From an uncultured archaeon (GTDB lineage Archaea; Micrarchaeota; Micrarchaeia; Micrarchaeales; CABMGC01), in assembly GCA_963787445.1 (NCBI GenBank), contig CAWBCT010000005.1:320001-384000 (forward strand): a DNA stretch of 64,000 nucleotides. Reading direction: 5' to 3'. The notes beneath the pieces were generated by a model. It was not told the DNA's origin. It did not search any database and saw only the letters and a list, made by a program, of their open reading frames with translations. Below, in pieces: positions 1-9,396 of the stretch (within the stretch, counting starts at the first letter, position 1; the number at the start of each line of letters is the position of its first letter). A program made the translations under genes and the position numbers.

Positions 1-58
1 CTGGTGGCCTTCGGGCCTTTTGGGTTCAAAATAACCGATGAAAATCCCAATCCCGGCG
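1..58 (+). tRNA. 3' part of a tRNA-Ser (type II, long variable arm), truncated by window edge, with a 14-nt intron (31-44) in the T-loop at position 59/60
   Basis: Variable-arm hairpin GGCC-TTCG-GGCC (6-17), T-stem TTGGG/CCCAA (20-24/46-50), acceptor 3' strand TCCCGGC plus discriminator G (51-58), typical of archaeal tRNA-Ser. Removing 31-44 restores a TTCAAAT T-loop. The anticodon lies outside the window. Confidence 0.8.
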
Positions 59-59
59 T

Positions 60-701
60 TTACTTTTTGTTAGAATAGAGCTTCCAGTGCCCTTCTGAGA
101 CTATTTTTACTTTTCCGTCAATAACCAAGACGGCGGTGTTGTCGTCTACAGCGTAGGTGTCTTCCGGAAGTCTTTTCGCAATACCGTGAAGAGTCTTCTC
201 TGTAAGCACTTTGAAGTATGGAGAGTCAAGATGCGGCCTGAAATTGAACGGAACATATCCGAGACCAGCGGGTCTTGGCCCTTTCTGACCACCGTAGAAG
301 GTTTCAAAAGAGCCAAGGAGCTTCTTGCTCGCTATCACGCTGCCGGCGCTCATTCCAATATACACCCTGCTCTTCAGCAGTTTGGGGAGTTCTTTCTCTA
401 AGCCCGATTTAGTGATGCAACGCATCATATAAAGAGGGTCTCCGCCTCCGAATGCGATTACGTTTGCTGCCCTAAGCCTAGGGAGCCAGGACTTCTTATC
501 CATCGCAGAGATATCGACTATGTCGACAGAACCCAACTCTAGAAAATCGTTAAAGCTCTTGATCATCCAGCTCTTGTCCCCGGGCTCCAAGTTTGCTGCT
601 GTGGGAATGAAGGCCGTACTTATCTTACCGCCGGCTAGCTTTTTGAGTGTTTTAACTATGGTGGCATTCCTGAGTCCGGCGGATGTTAAAAGCAATTTCA
701 C
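60..701 (-). CDS. Peptidase E / S51 family (class I glutamine amidotransferase-like)
   Basis: KLLLTSAG start, FIPTA, FGGGD, nucleophile motif GMSAGS and PH motif. Confidence 0.85.
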   Translation of the reverse strand: MKLLLTSAGLRNATIVKTLKKLAGGKISTAFIPTAANLEPGDKSWMIKSFNDFLELGSVDIVDISAMDKKSWLPRLRAANVIAFGGGDPLYMMRCITKSGLEKELPKLLKSRVYIGMSAGSVIASKKLLGSFETFYGGQKGPRPAGLGYVPFNFRPHLDSPYFKVLTEKTLHGIAKRLPEDTYAVDDNTAVLVIDGKVKIVSEGHWKLYSNKK

Positions 702-713
702 TATGGCACCCGC

Positions 714-1772
714 TTACACAAACAACTTTTCAATCTCCTTGCGCTCGCTGCTGAACTTGCTTGCGATAGGGTCGACAAGCTTGACCAGGCTCTCCGCAAC
801 CGCATTCTTTAGGTCAACAGGATGCAATTTCTTCTCGGTGAATGCGCTTTCCAGTTCAGCATAGGAGGTGTACTCGGCATCGCCGCCGTACTTGCTGGGG
901 CGCTCGATCTTAAGTACTGAGAAATGTGGAAATATTATGTACTTGCATACGCCCAGAATGGAGTTCTCATGCGCCATGCCCTCTGGACACCAGCCCCCCT
1001 TCACAATTTTTCTTATCTCTTCGTTGTTTGCAAGTATGGAGATCGTTGAGTTGGGCTTTGACTTGCTCATTTTCATGGCTACGACCAGTTCCTCCTTCTC
1101 TGCGTTTGCTTCGGTCTTGGGCGGCTCATTTAATGATTGGAGCAGATGTGTGTGGAGCAGCGCCAGCGGCCTCTTGTTTCCGAGCTCCTTGAAGGCCTCC
1201 CGCGCAAGCATGTGAACCTTGCGCTGATCCATCCCCGCCTGGGCTATGTCCGCCTCAAAGGCATGTATGTCTACAACCTGCATTAGCGGGTATAGGTACT
1301 GTGAAACATGAAGTGTGTCTTTCTCGCTCCTGCCCTGAATAATTAGGGTGCGTGTCGCTCGCGCCATCGTGGTTTTCGTTGCGACCTTCATGACCTCGGT
1401 CCAGTACTTGTCATTGTTGTGGTAAAGGTCTGAGCCTAGCACAATGTTTGTCGAAGGGCATGCGATTGAGAATAGGCGCCTGTAGAACTCTGCTGCTTTT
1501 TTTATTCGCTCCCAGTCCCCACCTAGCTTCTGATTTGCCATTGTATGCCAGTCCGCAAGCAGTATCTGGGTTTCAACGCCGGCCTTGGCAAGGTCATTAA
1601 CCTTCTTTCCCGCAACCAGAATGTGACCTATGTGGGGTATCCCGCTTATCTCAAAGCCGATGTAATGCTTTGGCTTCTTGTTAGTCTCAAAAACAGTGCG
1701 CAAATCATCCTCAGTTATGACCTCCTCCGTCGGCTCTGAGTGCACAATTGATAGCTTGGTCTCTACATCCAT
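714..1772 (-). CDS. tyrS: Tyrosyl-tRNA synthetase (archaeal type)
   Basis: YIGFEISG-PHIGH, LYPLMQVVD, AGMDQRKVH, KMSKS, LHPVDLK. Confidence 0.97.
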   Translation of the reverse strand: MDVETKLSIVHSEPTEEVITEDDLRTVFETNKKPKHYIGFEISGIPHIGHILVAGKKVNDLAKAGVETQILLADWHTMANQKLGGDWERIKKAAEFYRRLFSIACPSTNIVLGSDLYHNNDKYWTEVMKVATKTTMARATRTLIIQGRSEKDTLHVSQYLYPLMQVVDIHAFEADIAQAGMDQRKVHMLAREAFKELGNKRPLALLHTHLLQSLNEPPKTEANAEKEELVVAMKMSKSKPNSTISILANNEEIRKIVKGGWCPEGMAHENSILGVCKYIIFPHFSVLKIERPSKYGGDAEYTSYAELESAFTEKKLHPVDLKNAVAESLVKLVDPIASKFSSERKEIEKLFV

Positions 1773-1907
1773 CGCATCGCAATAGGAGATTTGCTAAAAG
1801 ATTTAATAAGTCTTGTGTGACAAAGTCCATTCTTGATTTTGAAGGGGAAAAATGGTAATAATAGTAAGATTTATATACCTACTTTACGTAGTATTATTGG
1901 TAGTTTC

Positions 1908-2132
1908 ATGGAAACAGTTACGATATCGGTAAAAATAACAACAGGTCAGAGGGCTAAAATGAGGCAATTAGGTATTAAACCGACTGAGGTGTTAAAGACG
2001 GCGGTGGACAAAGAAATTAGAAGGCGTGAGATAGAGAGAGCAGTGAAGAGGGCCAGCAAATTGATGAAAGATATAGATTTACCGATTGACAGAGTTGTCG
2101 CAAGTATAAGAGAGGACAGGGATTCTAGATGA
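1908..2132 (+). CDS. Putative VapB-type antitoxin
   Basis: 74-aa protein from ATG 1908 (TVTISVKI...VASIREDRDSR), ATGA overlap with a PIN toxin, TATA-like TTTATATA at 1870. Confidence 0.75.
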   Translation: METVTISVKITTGQRAKMRQLGIKPTEVLKTAVDKEIRRREIERAVKRASKLMKDIDLPIDRVVASIREDRDSR

Positions 2133-2515
2133 CATTCGTGTTTGACGCATCGGCCATATATGCGATAATCGAAAGCGAGGACGCTGACCTATTGTATAGG
2201 GGCATAACAATAGGTTTGGCATCTTATGAGATAGGGAACACCCTCTGGAAGGAACACACCATTCATAAAAATAAATCTTATTCTAAAATAATGGAACTCC
2301 TTGCCGCCATAAACGAAGTAATAGAAAATATGGAACTCTACAATTCCAAAGAGACTCAGAAAGAGACACTCGATATAGCAGCGAAACTTCACATTTCATA
2401 CTACGATGCATCATATGTGGTTGCGGCCAAAAATACAGGCGGCGTACTCATAAGCAAAGACAAAAAACTCATAGCAAAAGTTGGAGAAGTTGTTGATGCG
2501 AAGGAGTCGGTCTGA
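2129..2515 (+). CDS. vapC: VapC family PIN-domain toxin
   Basis: VFDASA, YEIGNTLWK, SYYDASYV, LISKDKKL PIN acidic residues; low-GC segment. Confidence 0.9.
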   Translation: MTFVFDASAIYAIIESEDADLLYRGITIGLASYEIGNTLWKEHTIHKNKSYSKIMELLAAINEVIENMELYNSKETQKETLDIAAKLHISYYDASYVVAAKNTGGVLISKDKKLIAKVGEVVDAKESV

Positions 2516-2563
2516 CGGGAAACGTTTTTATGTTTTTGTGGGTATCTATAAGTAGGCGACATT

Positions 2564-3655
2564 ATGGCAGATGCAGTTAAGGATATCATGAGTTCACCGG
2601 ATGACGAGGAACTTTTGAAGTTTATTGAGTCAGCTAAGCCGAAGATCTACGTTGTGGGTGCAGGCGGCAGCGGCTCGAACACGATTACACGCATGTCAGA
2701 GGCAAACATAGACGGGGTTCACCTCATCGCGATGAATACAGACGCCTCTCACCTGGCGAAGACGCGTTCGCATAGAAAAGTGCTACTGGGCAAGAAGGTT
2801 TCAAGGGGTCTCGGTGCAGGCAGCGACCCGAAGCTCGGAGAGGAGTCGGCGATGGAGAGCAAGGAGGAGATAAGGCACCTGCTCGGCGATGCCCAGCTCG
2901 TTTTCGTGACGTGCGGCCTTGGAGGCGGCACGGGCACAGGCTCTGCCCCGATAATAGCCCACGAGGCGAAGGAGGCGGGCGCGCTTACAGTGGGAATAGT
3001 CACCCTGCCCTTCTCAAGCGAGGGGAAGGCGCGCATGAGGAGCGCGCTGGAGGGCCTTTCACGGCTTAAGAGGGTTACCGATACAACGATAATAATACCG
3101 AACGACAAGCTTCTCTCGGTTGCGCCGGACCTGCCATTGAACATGGCCTTCAAGATAAGCGATGAGGTTCTCGCAAACGCAACCAAGGGGATCATAGAGA
3201 TGGTGACGAAGCCGGGCATGGTAAACCTTGACTTCGCGGACCTGAGGAGCGTGCTCAAGGACTCCGGCTATGCGGTGATAGGCATAGGCGAGGCCAACTC
3301 GACCCAGTCAACGGACAGGGCGACGATCGCCATAAGCAACACGCTCAGCAGCCCGCTTCTCGATGTGGACCTGTCAAAGGCCAAGAAGGCGCTGGTCAAC
3401 ATAGTCGGAGGGGACGACCTCACGCTGCGCGAGGCCGAAAAGATCTTCCAGGAGGTCGCGGGCCGCATAAGCGAGGACGCGATGATGAAGTGGGGCGCCA
3501 GGATAGACAACTCCATGCAGAAGAGCGCGGTCAAGATCATGGTCGTGATGGGGGGCGTGGAGTTCGCCGACTACTCGGACACGGGCATCAGGCAGAAGCT
3601 GGAGCAGTCCAAGAACTTCGACCTCGACAAGATCTTCGACGATGAGGGCAATTAG
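2564..3655 (+). CDS. ftsZ: Cell division protein FtsZ
   Basis: VVGAGGSGSN, GLGGGTGTG tubulin signature, NLDFADL. Confidence 0.98.
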   Translation: MADAVKDIMSSPDDEELLKFIESAKPKIYVVGAGGSGSNTITRMSEANIDGVHLIAMNTDASHLAKTRSHRKVLLGKKVSRGLGAGSDPKLGEESAMESKEEIRHLLGDAQLVFVTCGLGGGTGTGSAPIIAHEAKEAGALTVGIVTLPFSSEGKARMRSALEGLSRLKRVTDTTIIIPNDKLLSVAPDLPLNMAFKISDEVLANATKGIIEMVTKPGMVNLDFADLRSVLKDSGYAVIGIGEANSTQSTDRATIAISNTLSSPLLDVDLSKAKKALVNIVGGDDLTLREAEKIFQEVAGRISEDAMMKWGARIDNSMQKSAVKIMVVMGGVEFADYSDTGIRQKLEQSKNFDLDKIFDDEGN

Positions 3656-3706
3656 CCTTCAGCAAAGTTTATAAGACAAGAATAGCAATACTATAGAGGT
3701 AGTTAA

Positions 3707-3892
3707 ATGCAGTTTAACCCTGTAAAGAGCCTACGGTCGTTCTACTCAAACTCGTTGCACATACTGAGCGTAAGCTACAGGCCTGACGTCAAGACCTTTA
3801 CCAGGACTGTGAAGGTGGTGCTGCTTGGAACCCTGCTGCTGGGAGTGCTCGGATTTATTATTTCCCTTATTATTTCATTCGTAGCCGGCTGA
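3707..3892 (+). CDS. secE: Protein translocase SecE / Sec61-gamma
   Basis: 61 aa, HILSVSYRPD then one TM helix; conserved ftsZ-secE linkage. Confidence 0.85.
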   Translation: MQFNPVKSLRSFYSNSLHILSVSYRPDVKTFTRTVKVVLLGTLLLGVLGFIISLIISFVAG

Positions 3893-3917
3893 TGCCTGGC
3901 TTAAAACAGCGGAGCAC

Positions 3918-4694
3918 ATGGAGATAGAAGTAGACTTTACCAAGAGCGCCCAGATGAACGCCAAGGACTACTTTGGGGAGTCGAAAAAGGCAAAATGGAA
4001 GATGGAGGGCGCAAAGAAGTCGATCACGGACCTCCAGAAGAAGCTGAAGGAGGCGGAAGCGCTTGAGGAGAAGCGGAAGGAGATGAGAATAGTCCAGAAG
4101 CGCGAGTGGTACGAGAAGTTCAACTGGTTCTTCACCAGCTCGGGCATGCTGGCTGTGGGAGGGAGGAGCGCGGACCAGAACGAGGAGCTCAACAGCAAGC
4201 ACTTTGAGGCGCACGACCTGTTTTTCCACGCCGAGATCTTCGGAGCGTCTGTCGTAATACTAAAGGACGGGACAAAGTCAAAGAAAGAGGATAGGGAGGA
4301 GGTGGCGCAGTTCGCAGCCTCGTTCTCGAAGGCCTGGGAGAACGCCCAGGGGATAGTTGACGTTTATTCACTTAACAGAGAGCAGGTGACAAAGTCGAGA
4401 AATGCCGGATCGCTGGCCAAAGGGAGCTTCGTGCTCAAGGGAGAGAGGGAGTGGTACAGAAGCACTGTTCTGGGACTGGGCGCCTTCGTTCAGGAGATCG
4501 GGGAGGATAAGCACAAGGTCATCGCCATAGCGCCGCTCCTTACCTGTGAAAGGAATGGGGGCAGCTACGTGAGGATAGGCACAGGAAATACGAAGAAGTC
4601 TGACGCCGCGAAGCAGATAGCAAAGAAGCTGCAGCAGGACGAGGTCGATTACATAATGCAGCATATGCCGACCGGCCCATTCTCAATCAAGTGA
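3918..4694 (+). CDS. Short NFACT-R domain protein (C-terminal half of Rqc2/RqcH)
   Basis: Coiled coil, then WYEKFNWFFTSSG-LAVGGRSADQNE and FHAEIFGASVV; no NFACT-N domain. Confidence 0.85.
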   Translation: MEIEVDFTKSAQMNAKDYFGESKKAKWKMEGAKKSITDLQKKLKEAEALEEKRKEMRIVQKREWYEKFNWFFTSSGMLAVGGRSADQNEELNSKHFEAHDLFFHAEIFGASVVILKDGTKSKKEDREEVAQFAASFSKAWENAQGIVDVYSLNREQVTKSRNAGSLAKGSFVLKGEREWYRSTVLGLGAFVQEIGEDKHKVIAIAPLLTCERNGGSYVRIGTGNTKKSDAAKQIAKKLQQDEVDYIMQHMPTGPFSIK

Positions 4695-4698
4695 ACCT

Positions 4699-5346
4699 AT
4701 GGAGGGTAAGGAGAACATACTTTGGTGGGAGGCAATACTGAAGATTAGTCCTGCAGCATACAAAACATGGTTTGAAGAAGAAAGACGTTTTTTGAGAGAG
4801 AATGTTAGAAAAGGGTCAAGCCTTCTTGATGTGGCCTGTGGTGATGGGCGGACATTGTTAGATCTAGCTAGTCTCACCGACAATCTGACCGGCATTGACT
4901 ATAATGAGAATGCAATAAATCACGCAAAGCTTAACCTAAAGAGATTTCCGAAAGTAAAACTGCTTGTTGCAGATGCGAAAAACTTGCCATTTGAAGAACA
5001 GTCTTTTGATTATGTAACATGTTTAGCAACACTAGGAAACTTCGAAGCAGACAAGCTCCACATATTGAAAGAGATGAAAAGAGTACTCAAAAAGGACGGA
5101 ACAGTTCTAATAGGTGTCTATTCGGAGGACGCATTGGAAGAGCGGTTAAGTGCATACAAAAATATAGGACTTGGAATAAAAGAGATAACACCGGAAGGGA
5201 CTGTAATATTTGAGAAATCAACCCAGGCGGGAGTATCTGAACAGTTCTCAAAAAAGCGACTTATTGAGATTTTTAAAGAAGCTGGATTTAAAGTAATAGG
5301 TATGAAAAAGGTAAGTATAGCTTATCTTTGCAAGCTTTCCAAGTAA
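4699..5346 (+). CDS. Class I SAM-dependent methyltransferase
   Basis: LLDVACGDG, GIDYN, ADAKNLPFEEQSFD, EMKRVLKKDG; AT-rich relative to its neighbours. Confidence 0.9.
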   Translation: MEGKENILWWEAILKISPAAYKTWFEEERRFLRENVRKGSSLLDVACGDGRTLLDLASLTDNLTGIDYNENAINHAKLNLKRFPKVKLLVADAKNLPFEEQSFDYVTCLATLGNFEADKLHILKEMKRVLKKDGTVLIGVYSEDALEERLSAYKNIGLGIKEITPEGTVIFEKSTQAGVSEQFSKKRLIEIFKEAGFKVIGMKKVSIAYLCKLSK

Positions 5347-5386
5347 GCTTTATAAGCGTAATCCCTCTATTTCTAGCCGTGATATA

Positions 5387-7378
5387 ATGCAATTCTATTA
5401 CTATAGCCTACTGGCAGGCATCGGAGCGCTAATCATTGCTATTGTGGCTGCTTTCTCGATCCTGAAGAAGGAGGAAGGCACAGAAAAGATGAAGGAGATT
5501 GCCAAGGCGATAAGGGAGGGGGCGAGCGCCTACCTTAACAGGCAGCTAAAGACAATCCTCATATTTGCAGTGATAATTGCTATACTTCTATACTTCCTGC
5601 TGCCCAGCGGCGGACAGATAGTGGCGGCGTTTGCGGTGGGAGCAGTAGCATCCTATCTCACGGCATTCTTCGGAATGAACGTTGCAGTAAGATCTAACCT
5701 AAGAACCGCGAAGAGCGCAGAGAAGGGCGTCAAGGAGGCCTTCTGGACCGGAATACTCGGCGGATCGGTCACTGGATTCGCAGCTGTGGGCTTCTCGCTC
5801 ATCGGGCTAAGCCTACTGCTTGCATATCTTTCTGTTTCTGGAATTGCAATACTTATAGGATTTGGATTCGGAGCCTCTCTGGTCTCGCTGTTCGCGAGAG
5901 TCGGAGGCGGCATCTTCACCAAGGCGGCTGACGTAGGCGCAGACCTGGTCGGGAAGACAGAGCTTAACCTGCCTGAGGACGACCCAAGGAACCCGGCAGT
6001 CATAGCGGACAACGTTGGGGACAACGTGGGCGACTGCGCCGGAATGGCAGCCGACGTCTTCGAGAGCTACTCGGTAACCCTTGTTGCTTCGTTGCTCATC
6101 GCTGCAACGCTTGCGGTGACCATGACCTTCGCAAGTTCGTTCTCCCTTCCGCTTTACATAGCGTGCGTTGGCCTGGTCGGCAGCTTCATCAGCGTGCCGG
6201 TCATGAAGAAGTTCGGCAGCCATCCGAACAGGGCACTCTACTGGGGAATAGGATCCGCAGTGGTCGTCTCGGCGGTGCTGGACCTCATATTGATATACCT
6301 GAAGGCTCCGTTTGTGCTTGTGGTTCCGGTATTTGCCGGGCTTGCGCTTGCGATACTGCTCTTCTGGGTGGCTGATTACTACACCGGAGGAAAGAGCAAG
6401 TCTGTTCTGAAGATAGCCAAGGCCTCAACAACAGGAGCGGGCACCAATGTGATAACAGGCCTCGCAGTGGGACTTATGAGCACCTGGATGCCGGTGCTGT
6501 TCATAGTGATCGCAATATTGGTAAGCTACTTTGCTGCAGGCGTATACGGAATAGCGATTGCAGCTGTTGGAATGCTCTCAATAACCCCAACCATACTGAC
6601 CATAGACTCTTTCGGGCCTATAACGGACAATGCGGGTGGAATAGCGGAGATGGCTGGACTTCCTGCCAAGGTAAGGACTGTTACAGACCACCTTGACGCG
6701 CTGGGCAACACGACCAAGGCCACCACAAAGGCCTACGCCATAGGCGGCGCGGCACTGTCTGCCACCGCCTTGTTGGTCGCATTTGCATCGGCTGTGCACC
6801 TGCCGGCCATAGACGCCCTGAACCCGGTCGTCCTGGTGGGCATATTCATAGGAGCGCTTCTGCCATTCGTCTTCTCGTCATTCCTGATGGGAGCTGTGGG
6901 ATACACGGCAAACCTGATGGTGGACGAAGTGAGAAGGCAGGTCAGGACAATAAAGGGTCTGATGACGGGCAAGGCGAAGCCGGATTACGCAAGGGCTGTT
7001 GACATAGCCACGGTGAACGCGATAAAGTCGCTGGCTGTGCCTGAGCTCATTGCCATAGTCACTCCAATAGCTGTAGGATTGATACTTGGAGTAGAGGCCC
7101 TGGGAGGGCTGCTGGTCGGGATGATACCCGCGAGCCTGATGCTTGCGTTATTCATGGCCAATAGCGGTGCCGCAATGGACAACGCCAAGAAGTACATCGA
7201 GTCGGGCAAGTACGGCGGAAAGGGCAGCGATGCCCACAAGGCCGCGGTGGTGGGAGACACGCTTGGTGATCCTCTCAAGGACACCGCAGGGCCTGCGCTC
7301 AACTCAATGATAAAGGTGGTTAGCACGATTGCGATCCTGCTGGCGCCCGTCTTCCTGAGCGTTGTGCTGCTGCACTGA
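5387..7378 (+). CDS. hppA: Membrane-bound pyrophosphatase, predicted K+-independent H+-pumping type
   Basis: GGGIFTKAADVGADLVGK, DNVGDNVGD, GPITDNAGG, GNTTK (Lys marks K+ independence), GDPLKDTAGP. Confidence 0.95.
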   Translation: MQFYYYSLLAGIGALIIAIVAAFSILKKEEGTEKMKEIAKAIREGASAYLNRQLKTILIFAVIIAILLYFLLPSGGQIVAAFAVGAVASYLTAFFGMNVAVRSNLRTAKSAEKGVKEAFWTGILGGSVTGFAAVGFSLIGLSLLLAYLSVSGIAILIGFGFGASLVSLFARVGGGIFTKAADVGADLVGKTELNLPEDDPRNPAVIADNVGDNVGDCAGMAADVFESYSVTLVASLLIAATLAVTMTFASSFSLPLYIACVGLVGSFISVPVMKKFGSHPNRALYWGIGSAVVVSAVLDLILIYLKAPFVLVVPVFAGLALAILLFWVADYYTGGKSKSVLKIAKASTTGAGTNVITGLAVGLMSTWMPVLFIVIAILVSYFAAGVYGIAIAAVGMLSITPTILTIDSFGPITDNAGGIAEMAGLPAKVRTVTDHLDALGNTTKATTKAYAIGGAALSATALLVAFASAVHLPAIDALNPVVLVGIFIGALLPFVFSSFLMGAVGYTANLMVDEVRRQVRTIKGLMTGKAKPDYARAVDIATVNAIKSLAVPELIAIVTPIAVGLILGVEALGGLLVGMIPASLMLALFMANSGAAMDNAKKYIESGKYGGKGSDAHKAAVVGDTLGDPLKDTAGPALNSMIKVVSTIAILLAPVFLSVVLLH

Positions 7379-7381
7379 GCA

Positions 7382-7431
7382 TTTTGTGGACATCAGCACA
7401 CGACAATTAGTCGTGTGTTTATGTCACAAGA
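7382..7431. other. Long imperfect inverted repeat / hairpin after hppA
   Basis: CACACGAC-AATTA-GTCGTGTG core extended by TTGT(G)GACAT/ATGTCACAA. Confidence 0.6.
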
Positions 7432-7508
7432 TGAAAAATGATAATATAAAGGTAGCGTAGCCTATGGAATAGGCTAAATATCATAATAGACGATATAACA
7501 ACGATGGT

Positions 7509-8753
7509 ATGAAAGAACCAGTGCCTGAAATCGTGGTTCAGGACGTCGATGAGTTAATCTTTTCGTATAAAGCATTGCTTGAGAACTTAGATACTACGGA
7601 TGTATCGGACAAAAATGAACTTGATAAGATTGAGAGCCATTTAGATCGGATGCTGTACTTCACAAATTACTTGCTTGATAAGCCTGCTTTTGAGTCGGCG
7701 GTTTTGTTAGAATTAGAGGTCTTAAACAAGAGATTAGGTGCTAAAATGGGGCAAAAGTTTGGTAAATCCAGCAGGACTATCAGTAACTTAAGAGTAATTA
7801 CTGCACATCAGGCGCACAAGGTTGTGAATAAGAATCAGGAAGTCGATGGCAACATAGCCCGCTTGAAAGATGCGGCCGTGGTTGCAAAAAGAGGCAATAG
7901 TGCAGAGGGTAGAGAGACGACGGGCGCGGGTTTCATCGAAAAGCTTCGCAGTGTAAATAGATGGCTAATGTTACCAGTGCTCGCCATAGCTGGGACCATT
8001 ATTTACAACGATGTCAAATCTGGTAAACCAGAAACAAACTACTATACTCAATCTTATGTTAGTATCGCATCCACTGATTTTCAAAGTGCAGAATTGGAAT
8101 ACCAGACCACCGCAACAAAAAATAAAAATGCCGAGCAAACTGGTTACGAAGTTAATGGTGTGACTGATGCAAAATGGTGGTACCAGACGGGACTTAAGTA
8201 CACATCAAGTAACAGTAAGTTTTCTCTTCTTTACGAAGTATGGAACGATAAATCTGTGTCAGTTATACCGAGTAGGGGGGTCTCAGGTGATGTCAGTTTT
8301 GATGGTCAGGTAAATGAAGGGGACACAATTACTATAAAAATAGGTATGGAAAGTGGTAAGGTTCATATGAGTGCTATCGACCTTAATACCAAAGCTAAAG
8401 CTGAGATAGGATTTGATGCACATGGTTCTGTTTTTGTAGGTAGTCCTTACACAGGTGTTATGACTGAAACGGTTTCTTCCAAAGATTCACATCAAGAACT
8501 TCTAATACAGAAGTATGTTGGTCCGATTGGTGTTCTAAAAAGCAGTGCCTCTCATCAGGTAACTCTAGGGAAATTAGATTTCGTAGAAGTAGATAAGACA
8601 GTACCACATAGGGAAATTACATCACAAAGTTTACGGGTGAGGGAGGAGAAGACCATTCATCCTTTACCAAACATATGTTATGTTGTTGATGGCATTCAAT
8701 ATACCCATAATGAAGGAACTCCGGACGTAGTTATTACTGCTACCAAACGATAA
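7509..8753 (+). CDS. Hypothetical single-TM protein with a beta-rich external domain, possibly glutamic-peptidase-like
   Basis: 414-aa ORF, TM WLMLPVLAIAGTIIY, motifs WWYQTGL, YEVW, GDTITI, TGVMTE; low GC. Confidence 0.6.
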   Translation: MKEPVPEIVVQDVDELIFSYKALLENLDTTDVSDKNELDKIESHLDRMLYFTNYLLDKPAFESAVLLELEVLNKRLGAKMGQKFGKSSRTISNLRVITAHQAHKVVNKNQEVDGNIARLKDAAVVAKRGNSAEGRETTGAGFIEKLRSVNRWLMLPVLAIAGTIIYNDVKSGKPETNYYTQSYVSIASTDFQSAELEYQTTATKNKNAEQTGYEVNGVTDAKWWYQTGLKYTSSNSKFSLLYEVWNDKSVSVIPSRGVSGDVSFDGQVNEGDTITIKIGMESGKVHMSAIDLNTKAKAEIGFDAHGSVFVGSPYTGVMTETVSSKDSHQELLIQKYVGPIGVLKSSASHQVTLGKLDFVEVDKTVPHREITSQSLRVREEKTIHPLPNICYVVDGIQYTHNEGTPDVVITATKR

Positions 8754-8849
8754 ATACATTTCGAGAATAAATTGACGGGCTTGCTATCGTGCTCTTTGGA
8801 GTTAGAAGCAAGCTATATAAATCTAAAAGCAGCCATTTGTAGTGATAGG

Positions 8850-9320
8850 ATGGCTGTAGAAAAACAGAAAGAGGATAAAACAGCAGTGATAGCGCCACTC
8901 CAGCGTGAGGCATCGAAGATTACACTATTATCAGACAAACTAATGTCATATTCTGATGCGGAAAGGGGAGCTAAGGATAAAGGACAGGGATTAATTAAGA
9001 CGATTGAAATCGCACGCAAACTGAGAGAATGGGATGACTTCAATGGAGCTTGCGGAAAGAAATATTGGATAGGAGACATACCTGGCATCCCAAATCATCG
9101 TGAATACAAAATAGATTATGAAACAGGGGAGATAACGGCTGTGACTACGAGGGAGTTTTACGAGCTTCCAATACAGCAACGGATTATGATAGAAAGAGGG
9201 GAAAGCACACATTACCCGCTTGCTCTCGAAGTCATGGAGAAGTCAAGGGTCGAACGGTTCAAGGTTACTCAACAGGTAGATAGTGCTTTGGCAGCCTTAT
9301 CCGACGAGCCCGTAGTATAA
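8850..9320 (+). CDS. Hypothetical protein
   Basis: ATG 8850 after RBS-like GTGATAGG and TATA-like TATATAAA; low GC. Confidence 0.6.
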   Translation: MAVEKQKEDKTAVIAPLQREASKITLLSDKLMSYSDAERGAKDKGQGLIKTIEIARKLREWDDFNGACGKKYWIGDIPGIPNHREYKIDYETGEITAVTTREFYELPIQQRIMIERGESTHYPLALEVMEKSRVERFKVTQQVDSALAALSDEPVV

Positions 9321-9396
9321 TTTGTTGTCTCAGTTTTATACGGAATGACTTATATTATTATCGCTACATATAGATAATTACTGTTGGAGTGGTGTT

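Noticed and set aside
1879..1893. Short palindrome CTAC-N5-GTAG in the vapB promoter as an operator
   Set aside because: Only 4-bp arms, indistinguishable from chance
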